From Eledone cirrhosa (Eukaryota), in NCBI GenBank assembly GCA_964016885.1, contig OZ024742.1:231012001-231076000 (forward strand): a stretch of DNA of 64,000 bases, read 5' to 3'. Both the position numbers and the translations under genes were made by a program. Position 1 is the first letter of the stretch, and every line of letters begins with the position of its first letter. Below, piece by piece: positions 53,290-64,000 of this stretch. Under the pieces are notes generated by a model. That model was given only the letters and a program-made list of their open reading frames with translations. It was not told the DNA's origin and did no database searches.

Positions 53290-53843
53290 TGCAGCATGAA
53301 ATGGAGACTGCAATATATTTTTCGAACAGGCCTCTATATTCAATTTGGTATTCGTGTTAACCCTTACCTATGTTCATGAATCTTGGGTAATGACCGAAAG
53401 AATACGACCGCGAATACAAGCGGCCGAAATAGGGTTTCTCCGAAGAGTCTTTGGAGTAACGTTACTCCATTGAGTGCATATCTCGGAGATCAGAATATCA
53501 TTCCAGGTAGAGTCGCTACTTCTCTAAATTGCGAGATCATCACAGCTCCGATACTATGGGCATAGTTTAGAATGTCTCAGGAAAGAATCGCTGAACAGAA
53601 ATTAATGGCAAAACCAACCACCAGGAGACCCAGGAGTAGACCCCGAGCAAGATGGCTGGATAACATCCATGAGGTTGGATGGTCTTGCTTTGGGATTCAG
53701 CCGGATCAGTTGGAGACGGTTGCTTCTGACAGGACCTGCTGGAAGGAGTGTTTGAAGACTCTGCCTCCACGACCCTCTCAGGAAGAAGTGGGCGAAGAAG
53801 AAGAAGAAGAAGAAGAAGAAGAAGAAGAAGAAGAAGAAGAAGA
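53290..53843 (+). pseudogene. RTE-clade LINE 3' end with (GAA)n tail
   Basis: LTYVHESWVMT and RMSQERIA...RPRSRPRARWLD...DRTCW, then (GAA)n. Confidence 0.8.
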
Positions 53844-55683
53844 ATCTTGAAAAATAATTTCGTGATCTCTACATATTTTTACTGTGATTACTGTTTTCCG
53901 ACGGCCTTCCACGCAGTTTCCGCCTACAAATTTCACTCACACCGAGCCGACTCTCAGTATAAGACATTTGCTCATGGTGTGACACGCAGATGGACAACCC
54001 TAAACCACGAGGTTGCGAGACAAATTCCTTAACCTCACATGCCGGCATTTAGTTCCTTTAGTAAGGAAACCTGAAAAAAACCACTTCAAAACAATATTCA
54101 TTGTAAAAAATTACTGTAATCTAATTTGTTTTCATATGACGTTGACATTTAAAATACGAAGTGACTTAGAAGTGACTTAAAAGTGATTGTTAAAGGAAAG
54201 TAACAACATTTCTTTTCTTCCCGACGTCTTAACTGTTGCAACTGACTTCATAAGGTTTCAAAGATGAAAGCAAGAGATGTTAAAAAATTATTTTGTGAAA
54301 TTAAAAATAGAATACTCGACTGTTAAATATTCATTTGTTTTATATATTTAACGTGATATAATTATTTAGTCATTTTTTGTTTTTAATTTTAATTTTTTTT
54401 TTTCTACTTGGCATTTATGATGAAAGAAAAGATTAAAAACGTCAACAGCTTTTTCTCTTTTATTTTGGTATTTTATTTTATTTATTTATTTACTGGATTC
54501 TTCGCCAAACTGACATTTCAGCAGCTAAGAAGATTTATGAAAAGGTGACAAAATAAAAAAAAATATTCTCGTTGGTTAACTCAATCGAATGCACATGGTT
54601 AAAAGGTGGTTTTCACACCCCGTATTCGAGTAAACTTGTCTGAAATATTTATTTCGTTTTATATAATATTTCACCCCATCAAAGGCAATCGAGTTACCCA
54701 TGAAGTAATGTAAGGTGATACCCAAAAATACAACTGAATTTATCCGCAAATCGTATTAACGATATTTAATTAACAACATGCTTCAACAGAAATTGTTAAA
54801 ACGTAAAACGTGTAGAATCTTCTGAAAAGTCTCAATCGATTTTCTGACATAAAGCTGAGCTAGATTCAAGAGACTACATCAAAAGAGAAAATAAGAAAAA
54901 CGTGTATAGTAGATATAGAAAATTATTTCTCAGCATAGGGAAGAAATGAAGGTGTAACTACTGAATGCATATCTAATGGAGAGTGTAGGGAAATGTATAG
55001 TTATTAGAGATTTATAAGTAAATGTATCAATACATGTGCAACAGTACAGTTACTAGAAGCTGGTGAGTTGGCAGTATTGTCGGACTGAATGTTTTGCAGT
55101 ATTCATTCCGGCTCTCTGTTCTCTTAGTTCAAATCCAACGGAAGTCAAGTTTGCCTTTTGAAGTCTATAAATAAAATATCAGTCTTGTACTGGGGTAGAT
55201 TATTTCTAACTCATTCTCTATCCTTCTCTAAAAGAAATCAGCTCTGCCAGATTTAAAAGAACCCAAGCCACACTCATACAACTCCATCAGCAGCTACAGA
55301 TCCATGCAGACGTACACAGTTACTACAGATGTGTAAGTGAATATAGCAAAATACGCGCGGCTTAGTGGTTAGGGGGCTAGGTTTACAGTCTAAGATCGTG
55401 AGTTCAATTCCCCGGGCGGGGTATAGTATCCTTGAATAACACTCTTTAGTCCAGATAGCCGGAAAAAATTAGATTCGATGACACTGGTGCTAAACAGTAT
55501 TGTTCTTTGCTGTTGCCTCAACATCGTTTCAAATGTGGAAGCTGAATTCAGCTACGGGTCTTATCCGTGCTTTATAGAGAGTTACTAAATGTTGGGGTGA
55601 AGTAATGTTCTGGTTGTTTCAAAGAAGAGTAGTCTTTGTGTTGCACGCATTGCTGCATTGTTATGTTGAAGATGTACGTTCAT

Positions 55684-55872
55684 CAGACCTGCTAACTTCT
55701 AAAAACCCAAACGGGGAGTACCATAAAAGAAACTGCCCTAAAAATGAGGCAAAATTCGGAGATTTTACATAATGAAAACTATACCCATTTTCGCAAGAGA
55801 AGACATCACTCACCCACCCCAAAGTGGGTGTGGGAGATCTCCACGTGGGGACGGGGAGAGTTGACAAGTCTG
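55684..55872 (+). mobile_element. MITE, empty copy of the 7367/33530 family
   Basis: CAGACCTGCTAAC / GTTGACAAGTCTG ends; a single GGAGATTTTACATAAT site. Confidence 0.85.
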
Positions 55873-56106
55873 GTTAACAAAGAAAGTTATTCTTTGATGA
55901 TGAGGCCTGATTTGAGACGACCAGTGTTTAACTATTGTAAAAAACAACATGCAGTGTGATACTATTAAGCTTGTAGGTAAAGGTCGTCATAAAATGACAC
56001 ATCCTCTAATGACACATGGACTTAACATATTCTATACGTTCTATTAACGGTATTTTGCAGACGCTGACCATTACTCGAGTCTTGAGAATATAGTTTTTCT
56101 TTCAAT

Positions 56107-56711
56107 ATTGGCAGTATCGGTAGAGGGTCGGACGCCATGCTTTCCAGCATAGTTACGTCCCTTTACGATCTGAGTTCAAATCCCGCCGAGGTTGACTTTG
56201 CGTTTCATCCTTACGGGGTCGATAAAATAAAGTACCAGTAATGCACTGGGTATTTGCTGGCCTTGTGCCTAACGTAGAAACAATTATTATTTAACGCTTA
56301 GGGTGGTGGATTGGCAGTATCGGTAGAGGGTCGGACGCCATGCTTTCCAGCATAGTTACGTCCCTTTACGGTCTGAGTTCAAATCCCGCCGAGGTTGACT
56401 TTGCGTTTCATCCTTACGGGGTTGATAAAATAAAGTACCAGTAATGCACTGGGTAATTGCTGGCCTTGTGCCTAAAGTAGAAACAATTATTATTTAACGC
56501 CTATTATTTATTAGTGGTGGATTGGAAGTATCGGTAGAGTATCAGACACCATGCTTTGTAGCATAGAGTTATGGCCCTTTACTTCTGTGTACAAATCCCG
56601 CCGGGGTTCGCTTTGCCTTTCATCCTTACGAGGTCGATAAAATAAAGTACCAGTAATACACTGGGATAATTGCTAGCTCAGTGCCAAGAGTAGAAACAAT
56701 TATTATTTAAC
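56107..56711 (+). mobile_element. Three tandem Nin-domain SINEs
   Basis: Starts at about 56107, 56302 and 56514; each ends AACAATTATTATTTAAC. Confidence 0.92.
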
Positions 56712-57177
56712 TTCTTGCTAAGTATCAGGCAATGCTTAGTCGCACAAATACCGGCGATAATGCCGAGAATGCCTTAGGTAACCTCAAAGAGCTTTTGAGA
56801 GAAATTCCAGCATTCCTTGTTATAGTGAGTAATTGCCTGTTTTTCTTGATTTATTTAATACTATAATCTTAATTATTATATTAATTGTTTTTATATGTAC
56901 CATATTTCAGCTAAATTCATGTAGAACACATTCGTTTATTGTTTCTTAAAACATTCAAAATAGTTTTCTATTCACAATGTCATTAAACAATTAAGGAAAG
57001 ACTAGAATCTGAGAAATCTAGTATTGGCCAGCAGCAGTAAAAGACAGACAGTTAATAGAATATATTAATAGAATATATGTGAAGTAGCATGAAGGAAATA
57101 AATTATATGAAGATGTTTACACACACACAAATATATATATATGTGTATATATGTATATCTATATATGTATTTATATG

Positions 57178-57310
<133 letters not shown>

Positions 57311-57575
57311 CTAGAATAGAATGAAACGAAATTTCATTTCTCACTCTTAGTACGGCACTTACTTAAATGTAAGTATGTATGTATACGTACATAGATATAT
57401 GTATACAGACGTACAGTAGTATGTATATATATACACACATGCACACATATATATATGCACGTATCTGTTTACCGAACATTTATTATAATGCTTGTTTGTT
57501 TAAACAAACAGCCCGAATTACGCCGTACAGTGTTTAGGCAACCACGTCACCTCTTTGTTCAACACTGACACAGGA

Positions 57576-57618
57576 ACGATGTACTAGTTTCAATCTTATT
57601 TGCTATCGTCAGCATCGT
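57576..57618 (-). ncRNA. Type-I hammerhead inside inverted-repeat element 57318-57760
   Basis: ACGATG-CTGACGA-weak stem II-GAAA-CTAG-TA-CATCGT, with a CAGGA/TCCTG stem I extension. Confidence 0.75.
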
Positions 57619-57756
57619 ATACCTTCCTGCCAGATGGTTGAACGTCTGAAAGTATATACTTTCCTTATGCATATTAACGGTGTGCATGTGTGTATATATA
57701 TATACATACTACTGTACGTCTGTATACATATATGTATGTACGTATACATACATACT

Positions 57757-57797
<41 letters not shown>

Positions 57798-59304
57798 CAA
57801 TAGCAATCATTCTTTATAAACACACCCATGTTGTGTTATATTTATATAATTAAATTCATACAGAAATTATTTTAATCTTGAAAATCAATATTAACAATGA
57901 AAGAAACTAATATATCGATCGATGATCGACTGCTCTGTACAGTTTAGAATAAAGTGGTGTCAATGGAGATGATACGACTATCAAAAGGAAGCAATAGTTA
58001 AGATGTAGCTATTAATGTCATATATTCGTTATTTCTTTACAATAAGAACCAAACTTCATTTAAGTAACATTATCATGGCGTTAGTACTAAATACAACTGC
58101 TGACATTTGCGGCCTTTCTACACGATATAACTTCGCTAATAATGCATAAACTGTGTACAAGACAGCTGTTGTGTCAAGGTTAAACGTAATAAGTTCATCG
58201 TTCTCGGATTAATTCAACCTTCCAGAATAACCCAAGTTTAATACTAGCTCACTAGCGTCAATTTATCATTGTATCATTTGTATCCGTATCAAAACCTGTT
58301 TCGTCATATGATCGGTGAAATGTGTGGTGTTCGATAATTTCAACCATAGCGGATTTACGTGTTTACAGCTCGAGTTTTGAAAATAGGATTAGTAAAGACG
58401 TAATTATTAAGTCATTAGCATGGATTCTTTCTGCAACGCTATAATGTTACGCGGTCTTTTAGAAATACTTTTACATTTTGTAAGGAAGATTCACACCAAC
58501 TTTCTCTTCCACCATTTCTCTTTTTTCCTCTTTATCGCTCAATCTCACTCTTCCCCTCTCTTTCTCTTTTCTCTCTTTTTTCCTCTTCCCTCTTTACTCT
58601 AACACATTGTTCATCGCTATCTTTCTCATATTTCCACCATTTTCCTTCTTTGTTCTCTATCTTTTTCTCCTCTTTCTTCTCTCTCTTCTTTCTCTTTTTC
58701 ATCACTCTTCCCGTTTTACTCTATTTCATTGTTTATTTCCTCTGTCTTTTCTCTTCCTCATTGTTCATTTCTTCTGTCTTTCTCACACATAAGCTAGTCA
58801 TTAACAGTGAACTGGAAGGTCGGCAAAGTAAAGATGTATTGGTTAACGAGGTGGAAGGTTAGCTACAGCAATCCCTTTAAAATTAACAGAAAAGATTTAA
58901 AACCCCAGAACTAATTCTCCACATTCACGTAGAATGAAATAAGTAGTACCTCAATAAAATAAACCGAGCTACAATAAAATATGTAGGGCCACGATAAAAT
59001 AGGTAGAACCATGAGGAAATAAGCAAAGTCGCAATGAAATAAACAGAGTCATAATTGGTTGGTTTCAAGTTCGCTAAAACGTTGATGTGGTTTTCATGGG
59101 GATATTTTATATTAATATCTTCGTAAAGTTTAGCTTATTAAACAACATTTAGAGTGACGGGCCCCTTCACATCATTTTAGATATTCTATTAATCACACAC
59201 TTGTGTATTTATGCATTATTCGTGGCTACGTTTCTTACACGATAAATAGTTAGATAGATATATTAGATAGACACACGGAAAACAGACAGATAGATAGATA
59301 GATA

Positions 59305-61253
59305 TGTTTCTTTTATTTGCCACCAGGGCATCAAAAGCGGGACAAGTACAATGGGGGGAGTTTACAAAACAAGGCGTCCTCAATAAGGAGGTGGCAATAA
59401 CAATATATAAAAATAAAATAAAATATAACAAAAAATAAAATTTATAACAAAGTCCTCAATAGAGAGGAGGCGCCTTGGGGGGTCGCACACACCCCCGAAA
59501 AAAAGTGTGCAACCCTTTTCCTCTGGAGCACAGAGAAGGGGTGCTCCCTTGGTCTTTCATCTTCCTCACCTATAGTCTGATGTAGAGTGAAGGCCCATTC
59601 ACACGGGCCATTCTCGCCACTTTCACCCATCTTTCATAAAAACGGCTGGGGTGCAGCACCTCTCTCTCCATCCTGATCCTTCTTCCGAAATGATATCGGA
59701 AGAAACGGACCAGTTGTTGGCCAGAGAGAAAGGTGTCTGACCTCAGTCCTTTCAGACGCGTCCACCATACAACCTCTTTCGCCATGGCTATTACGCACAG
59801 AAACACCGCCTCTTCTTCGTTTTTGAAGAGGGGAGGCGGCTTGATCGTTACAATAGACTCGGTGGTCAACCGGATCGGTCCCACCCTTGACAGCAGTTGT
59901 TCGACATAGCCCCACAGATCGGCAATGCCCGAGCACTGTACCAATGCGTGTGCAACGGTTTCCTCGTCGCACACACATCTGGGACAGATCTTTTTCGAGG
60001 GGTCCCTACCCGGGCGCCCGTGTCTGTAGAGCCTTTCTCGAACGGGCAGAGCCCTTCTGTAACATTGCCAGGCCAGGGGCCTCTGGAAGTTATCCATGGG
60101 TCCCGGGCTGAATGTCCTACCGAACAGGTTTGCCAGTTCGTCTTCCTCCATGCCTAGGGCTTCTCCGAGGGCGTCGTCGCACCTGCTAACCACCAGCCCT
60201 CTATAGAATGACGAGGTGGATTCTCCACTGACAGCCGGGTCCGCCTGCCAGAGAGCCGTGAGCGCCTGGGCACACTCGGTGTGCCAGGCGCCCAGTTTTC
60301 TCGGTCTTTGCTTGACCCAGGATTGCAGCTCGGTGAGTGAGACGAGTCTGGGAAAGGCTCGCCTCACAAACGGGGCCCACACCGGTTGACCGGAGAGGAA
60401 TACCTGAAGGTGCCGTAGCCTTAATGCGTGTTTACGTATCATTAGCCACGGCATCCCCAGCCCTCCTTTCGAAGGGTGTTGACAGCAGATGGATCTTCTC
60501 ACCATAGGAGCCCGCTTCTTCCAAAGGAATTGGAAGAGTGCGCGCTCCATTTTGGCGAGCGCTTCCCTTGGGCAAGGCACGACGGTCAGGCGGTAGTAGA
60601 TGACAGACGCTATATAAGTGTTCGCCACCTCCGCCCGACCTTTCAGGGACAGTTTGCACTCGGCCCACTTCTGGGTCAGTGCAAACACCCTGTTCGTTAC
60701 CTCACCCCAGTTCTTCTCCACCTGGAGGTCTGGTCCGAACCAGACCCCGAGCAACTTCACCGGGCCCTCCGTCCAGCGCCCGACGACGCCATCGGAGGGC
60801 ATCGATCTGCCCCTCCACGTGCCGAGTTGCAGACCGATCGACTTGTCCCGGTTCAGCTTAGCCCCTGTAAACCTTTCGTACTCCTCCAGTAAGGTGCCGA
60901 TCGCCCCGATTTCCGAGGCCGTCGACACCATTACTGTTACGTCATCGGCGTAGGCTGACACCACTTTCCGCAATCCCGGTTCCAACGGGATGCCCTGCAA
61001 CAACTCCAACTTCCGCAGCAGTGGCTCTTGAGTCATTACATGCAGAAGGGAGGAGAGAGGGCACCCCTGTCGGATGGACCGCGCGATTTCGAACGGCTCC
61101 GAGACGTAGCCGTTCACCTTGACCCTAGAGCAGATGCGGCTGCTGTGCATGGCATTGATCCAGCCCCTGAAAACGGGTCCGAAGCCTGCCGCCGCTAGCA
61201 CCGCATCCAGGTAACCATGGTCGACCCTATCGAATGCCTTAGATTGATCCAAA
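59305..61253 (-). mobile_element. 5'-truncated Tx1/L1-clade non-LTR retrotransposon
   Basis: GC-rich block; 3' UTR ends AATAAAAGAAACA into (TATC)n; AGATAG at the 5' junction. Confidence 0.9.
59570..61252 (-). CDS. ORF2 fragment: reverse transcriptase plus C-terminal CCHC zinc finger (no native start)
   Basis: LDQSKAFDRV, IRQGCPLS, AYADDV, KLLGVWF, LSLKGR and CPRC...ETVAHALVQC; about 560 codons without a stop. Confidence 0.92.
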   Translation of the reverse strand: MDQSKAFDRVDHGYLDAVLAAAGFGPVFRGWINAMHSSRICSRVKVNGYVSEPFEIARSIRQGCPLSSLLHVMTQEPLLRKLELLQGIPLEPGLRKVVSAYADDVTVMVSTASEIGAIGTLLEEYERFTGAKLNRDKSIGLQLGTWRGRSMPSDGVVGRWTEGPVKLLGVWFGPDLQVEKNWGEVTNRVFALTQKWAECKLSLKGRAEVANTYIASVIYYRLTVVPCPREALAKMERALFQFLWKKRAPMVRRSICCQHPSKGGLGMPWLMIRKHALRLRHLQVFLSGQPVWAPFVRRAFPRLVSLTELQSWVKQRPRKLGAWHTECAQALTALWQADPAVSGESTSSFYRGLVVSRCDDALGEALGMEEDELANLFGRTFSPGPMDNFQRPLAWQCYRRALPVRERLYRHGRPGRDPSKKICPRCVCDEETVAHALVQCSGIADLWGYVEQLLSRVGPIRLTTESIVTIKPPPLFKNEEEAVFLCVIAMAKEVVWWTRLKGLRSDTFLSGQQLVRFFRYHFGRRIRMEREVLHPSRFYERWVKVARMARVNGPSLYIRL

Positions 61254-61272
61254 TAGATAGATACATACATAC

Positions 61273-61741
61273 ATGGTGGCTGCCAACTCGTTTTCGAGTA
61301 CGGCCACTACTTTATATCCATGTAGGAGAACCCCTACCGATGCACTGAACGAGTGTGACTTTTTAGTCCAGCCAGCGACTTGAAAACTCTGGTACAAACA
61401 CTACACTTGTGACAATTATTGACACATAGTGCTGGGCCCATGGTACCATGTGACGACAAGTGCAGAGAGATCTCCAGATATAAAGCAATGCCTGTGCCGT
61501 GGAGCTTTTATAGTGAGCAAAGGCACTGCACAAAGCCAGTCCCACTCTCTTAACCAAGATGATATTTACCAAAAAGAATAACAAATCAACATCATTGGAT
61601 ACCATCAGGGTTGCAGGTGTTATATTAGAGTTTTCCTTCTCCTAGAATTCTGCCTTGACAAAGACTAAGGGGTCATCTCTCCCGGTGATTTTGGATGGCC
61701 ATTGACTCTTAAGAGCTCCTTTGCCCTTTGACAGGTTTTGA
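61273..61741 (-). mobile_element. Non-autonomous RTE-like element, 5'-truncated
   Basis: Near-identical to 61787-62250; (CATA)n on both sides. Confidence 0.75.
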
Positions 61742-61786
61742 CATACATACATACATACATACATACATACATACATACATACATAC

Positions 61787-62393
61787 ATGGTGGCTGCCAA
61801 CTCGTTTTCGAGTACGGCCACTACTTTATATCCATGTAGGAGAACCCCTACCGATGCGCTGAACGAGTGACTTTTTAGTCCAGCCAGCGACTTGAAAACT
61901 CTGGTACAAACACTACACTTGTGACAATTATTGACACATAGTGCTTTGCCTTTGGTACCATGTGACGACAAGTGCAGAGAGATCTCCAGATACAAAGCAA
62001 TGCCTGTGCCGTGAAGCTTTTATAGTGAGCAAAGGCACTGCACAAAGCCAGTCCCACTCTCTTAACCAAGATGATATTTACCAAAAAGAAGAACAAGTCA
62101 ACATCATTGGATACCATCAGGGTTGCAGGTGTTATATCAGAGTTTTCCTTCTCCTAGAATTCTGCCTTGACAAAGGCTAAGGGGTCATCTCTCCCACTGA
62201 TTTTGGATGGCCATTGACTCTTAAGAGCTCCTTTGCCCTTTGACAGGTTTTGTTTTTAGTCCTGCAGGATGTCCAAAGTCACCCTCCTCACCAAGAAACC
62301 TTGGTGGGGTTGCCAGTTTAGTCGCCAACGACCCGACCATGAGACAGGTTGTACTGGGATACATGTTACCAGTAGCACCAAGTGGTGACCTGA
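61787..62393 (-). mobile_element. Non-autonomous RTE-like bipartite element, apparently full length
   Basis: 5' leader shared with 63218-63713, zinc-finger 3' remnant, (CATA)n flanks. Confidence 0.7.
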
Positions 62394-62418
62394 CATACAT
62401 ACATACATACATACATAC

Positions 62419-62950
62419 AGCTGTCCAAAGATGTCATCGCGGTACTATCTACCTATGAGGCATGATGTAGTGGCCAAAACACTGTACAATGCAATCCGTA
62501 GAAAACATAGCCCCGATAATAAACACATTAAAAACTACAGCAATGTGGAAGACATACATATACATAATATGAAAGAGTACTGGTGGAATGTCCCAGTAAA
62601 AACCCCAATAAAATTCAAGCATAACAGACCAGATGTAATGATATAGGACAGGGAAAAGAAGGCTCGCACAGTAGTGGAAGTTAGCTCCCCAACAGATGCC
62701 AATATAATATGAAATATTAGCGAAAAGGAGAATATGTATGCAGAAATTATGAGCAGTCTGTAGATACTCCACCCTGATTACACCTTCAGATTTATGCCTG
62801 TGATTATTGGGGCACTGGGGTATGTTAGTAACTGCCTCGATACAAATCTTGAGAAGCTAGGCTTCACAGGAACAGAAAGAACACAACTAGTTAGGAAATT
62901 ACAAGTACAGTAAAAATATGTAAAACATTCCAAAAATTCTGCATCTAATA
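62419..62950 (+). pseudogene. Restriction-like endonuclease domain of an R4/Dong/NeSL-type element
   Basis: CPK...RHDVVA...WWN...HNRPDVMI*D...VVEVS.P...EKENMY...PVIIGALG, with stop codons. Confidence 0.8.
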
Positions 62951-63217
62951 ACTGCATATACTCACGTACAGATACAAAGCATATGCACATGCACACATAC
63001 AACTCAAAATATACACATCCACACATACAATAACATCCATAGCTGCACACACATGCACGCATGCAGGCATGCAGCTATATCTACCTAGTTAATGTTGTGT
63101 AAATTCCAATGAGAGAGTCTTGTGTCTATGTTAGAAACCGGCTCTCTCTTGGAAAAAATTTGTGAAATTATAAAACCAGAAGAACATACATATGTAAGTA
63201 CGTACGTACGTACATAC

Positions 63218-63713
63218 GTGATGGCTGCAAACTCTGCTAAGGGTACTGCAATCGCTTGTCAGATTATAGAGTTTGGTGCACTTTTAGGTTACGGCCAGCC
63301 ACACAAACCTGTAATATATCCTGAACAAGCAATATCTGTGCTTTGAAGATTTTTTAAGTGGGGAAAGGCCTTGCCCTCGACCAATCCCACTCTCTGAGTA
63401 TCGAAAACACTACCCGAAAAGGAGAACTGGTCAACATCATCGGATGCTTCCGAAGCCGCAGGGCTTTTTTTTCAGAGTTTCCATCTTAGAAAGGTGATGT
63501 GACAACAACTGGGGGGTCTTTCACTCCCAGGTGAAAAGCAAAGTACTATTTGGATGGCCGTTGACTCTGCTGATTTCCTCCGCCCTTAGCCGGGTCTTGT
63601 ATTTCATCCACCAGGCAAGCTTGGTGGGGTTGCCGGTTTAGTCACCGACGACCCGATCATGAGACAGGCTGTACTGGGTTACATGTTACCAGTAACACTC
63701 AAGAGCGACCTGA
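63218..63713 (-). mobile_element. Diverged relative of the 61787 element
   Basis: Same 5' leader and the same TATGTCAGGTC junction. Confidence 0.65.
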
Positions 63714-64000
63714 CATACATACATTCCTGCATGTATGTTCTTTCTAATGACTCGGAGTCCGATAAAATAACTACCAGAAATATAGTGGAACCAATTCCTT
63801 GACTAGTTTACATGTCTATAGAATATTGGATTTGTTTCTCTTTAAAAGAAACCTATAACATTGTTCTTTATATATATATATATATATATACATATAGAGT
63901 ATATAGAGTATACTGTATTATGTAGAGCCCAGTAATTATACCTTGAGCTCATGAAATTACAGGGGATTAACGCGAGTCTTTAACTCCGTTTTTGCATTTG

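Noticed and set aside
54050-54800. Repeat-free AT-rich stretch with TGACA/TTTATGA motifs, a possible enhancer or exon
   Set aside because: Such motifs are expected by chance; needs conservation or chromatin data.
59634-60953. Alternative-frame and antisense ORFs inside the Tx1 element
   Set aside because: Shadows of a GC-rich coding region.

Overview
AT-rich, microsatellite-saturated animal intergenic/intronic DNA. The SINE families and (TA)n/(CA)n load suggest an octopus or other coleoid genome (inference). I see no host protein-coding exon, and most ORF-track entries are microsatellite read-through. Mobile elements: many tRNA-derived Nin-domain SINEs, a CORE-like SINE family, hAT/pogo MITEs, a Helitron, CR1/RTE/CRE/R4-like LINE fragments, a young 5'-truncated Tx1/L1 with an open 560-codon RT ORF, and a 5'-truncated Penelope-like element (PLE) with a GIY-YIG remnant. 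The main hidden structure, found by hand-folding, is about 15 type-I hammerhead ribozymes (HHRs) with intact cores plus about 10 decayed ones. They come from many unrelated short elements sitting between (TA)n tracts. Nearly all have a self-complementary stem III, several carry the compensatory U3-A8 core, and many lie in long perfect palindromes. Some of those palindromes appear to have formed by fold-back inside the ribozyme's stem II. All ribozyme calls are manual predictions; activity is untested.
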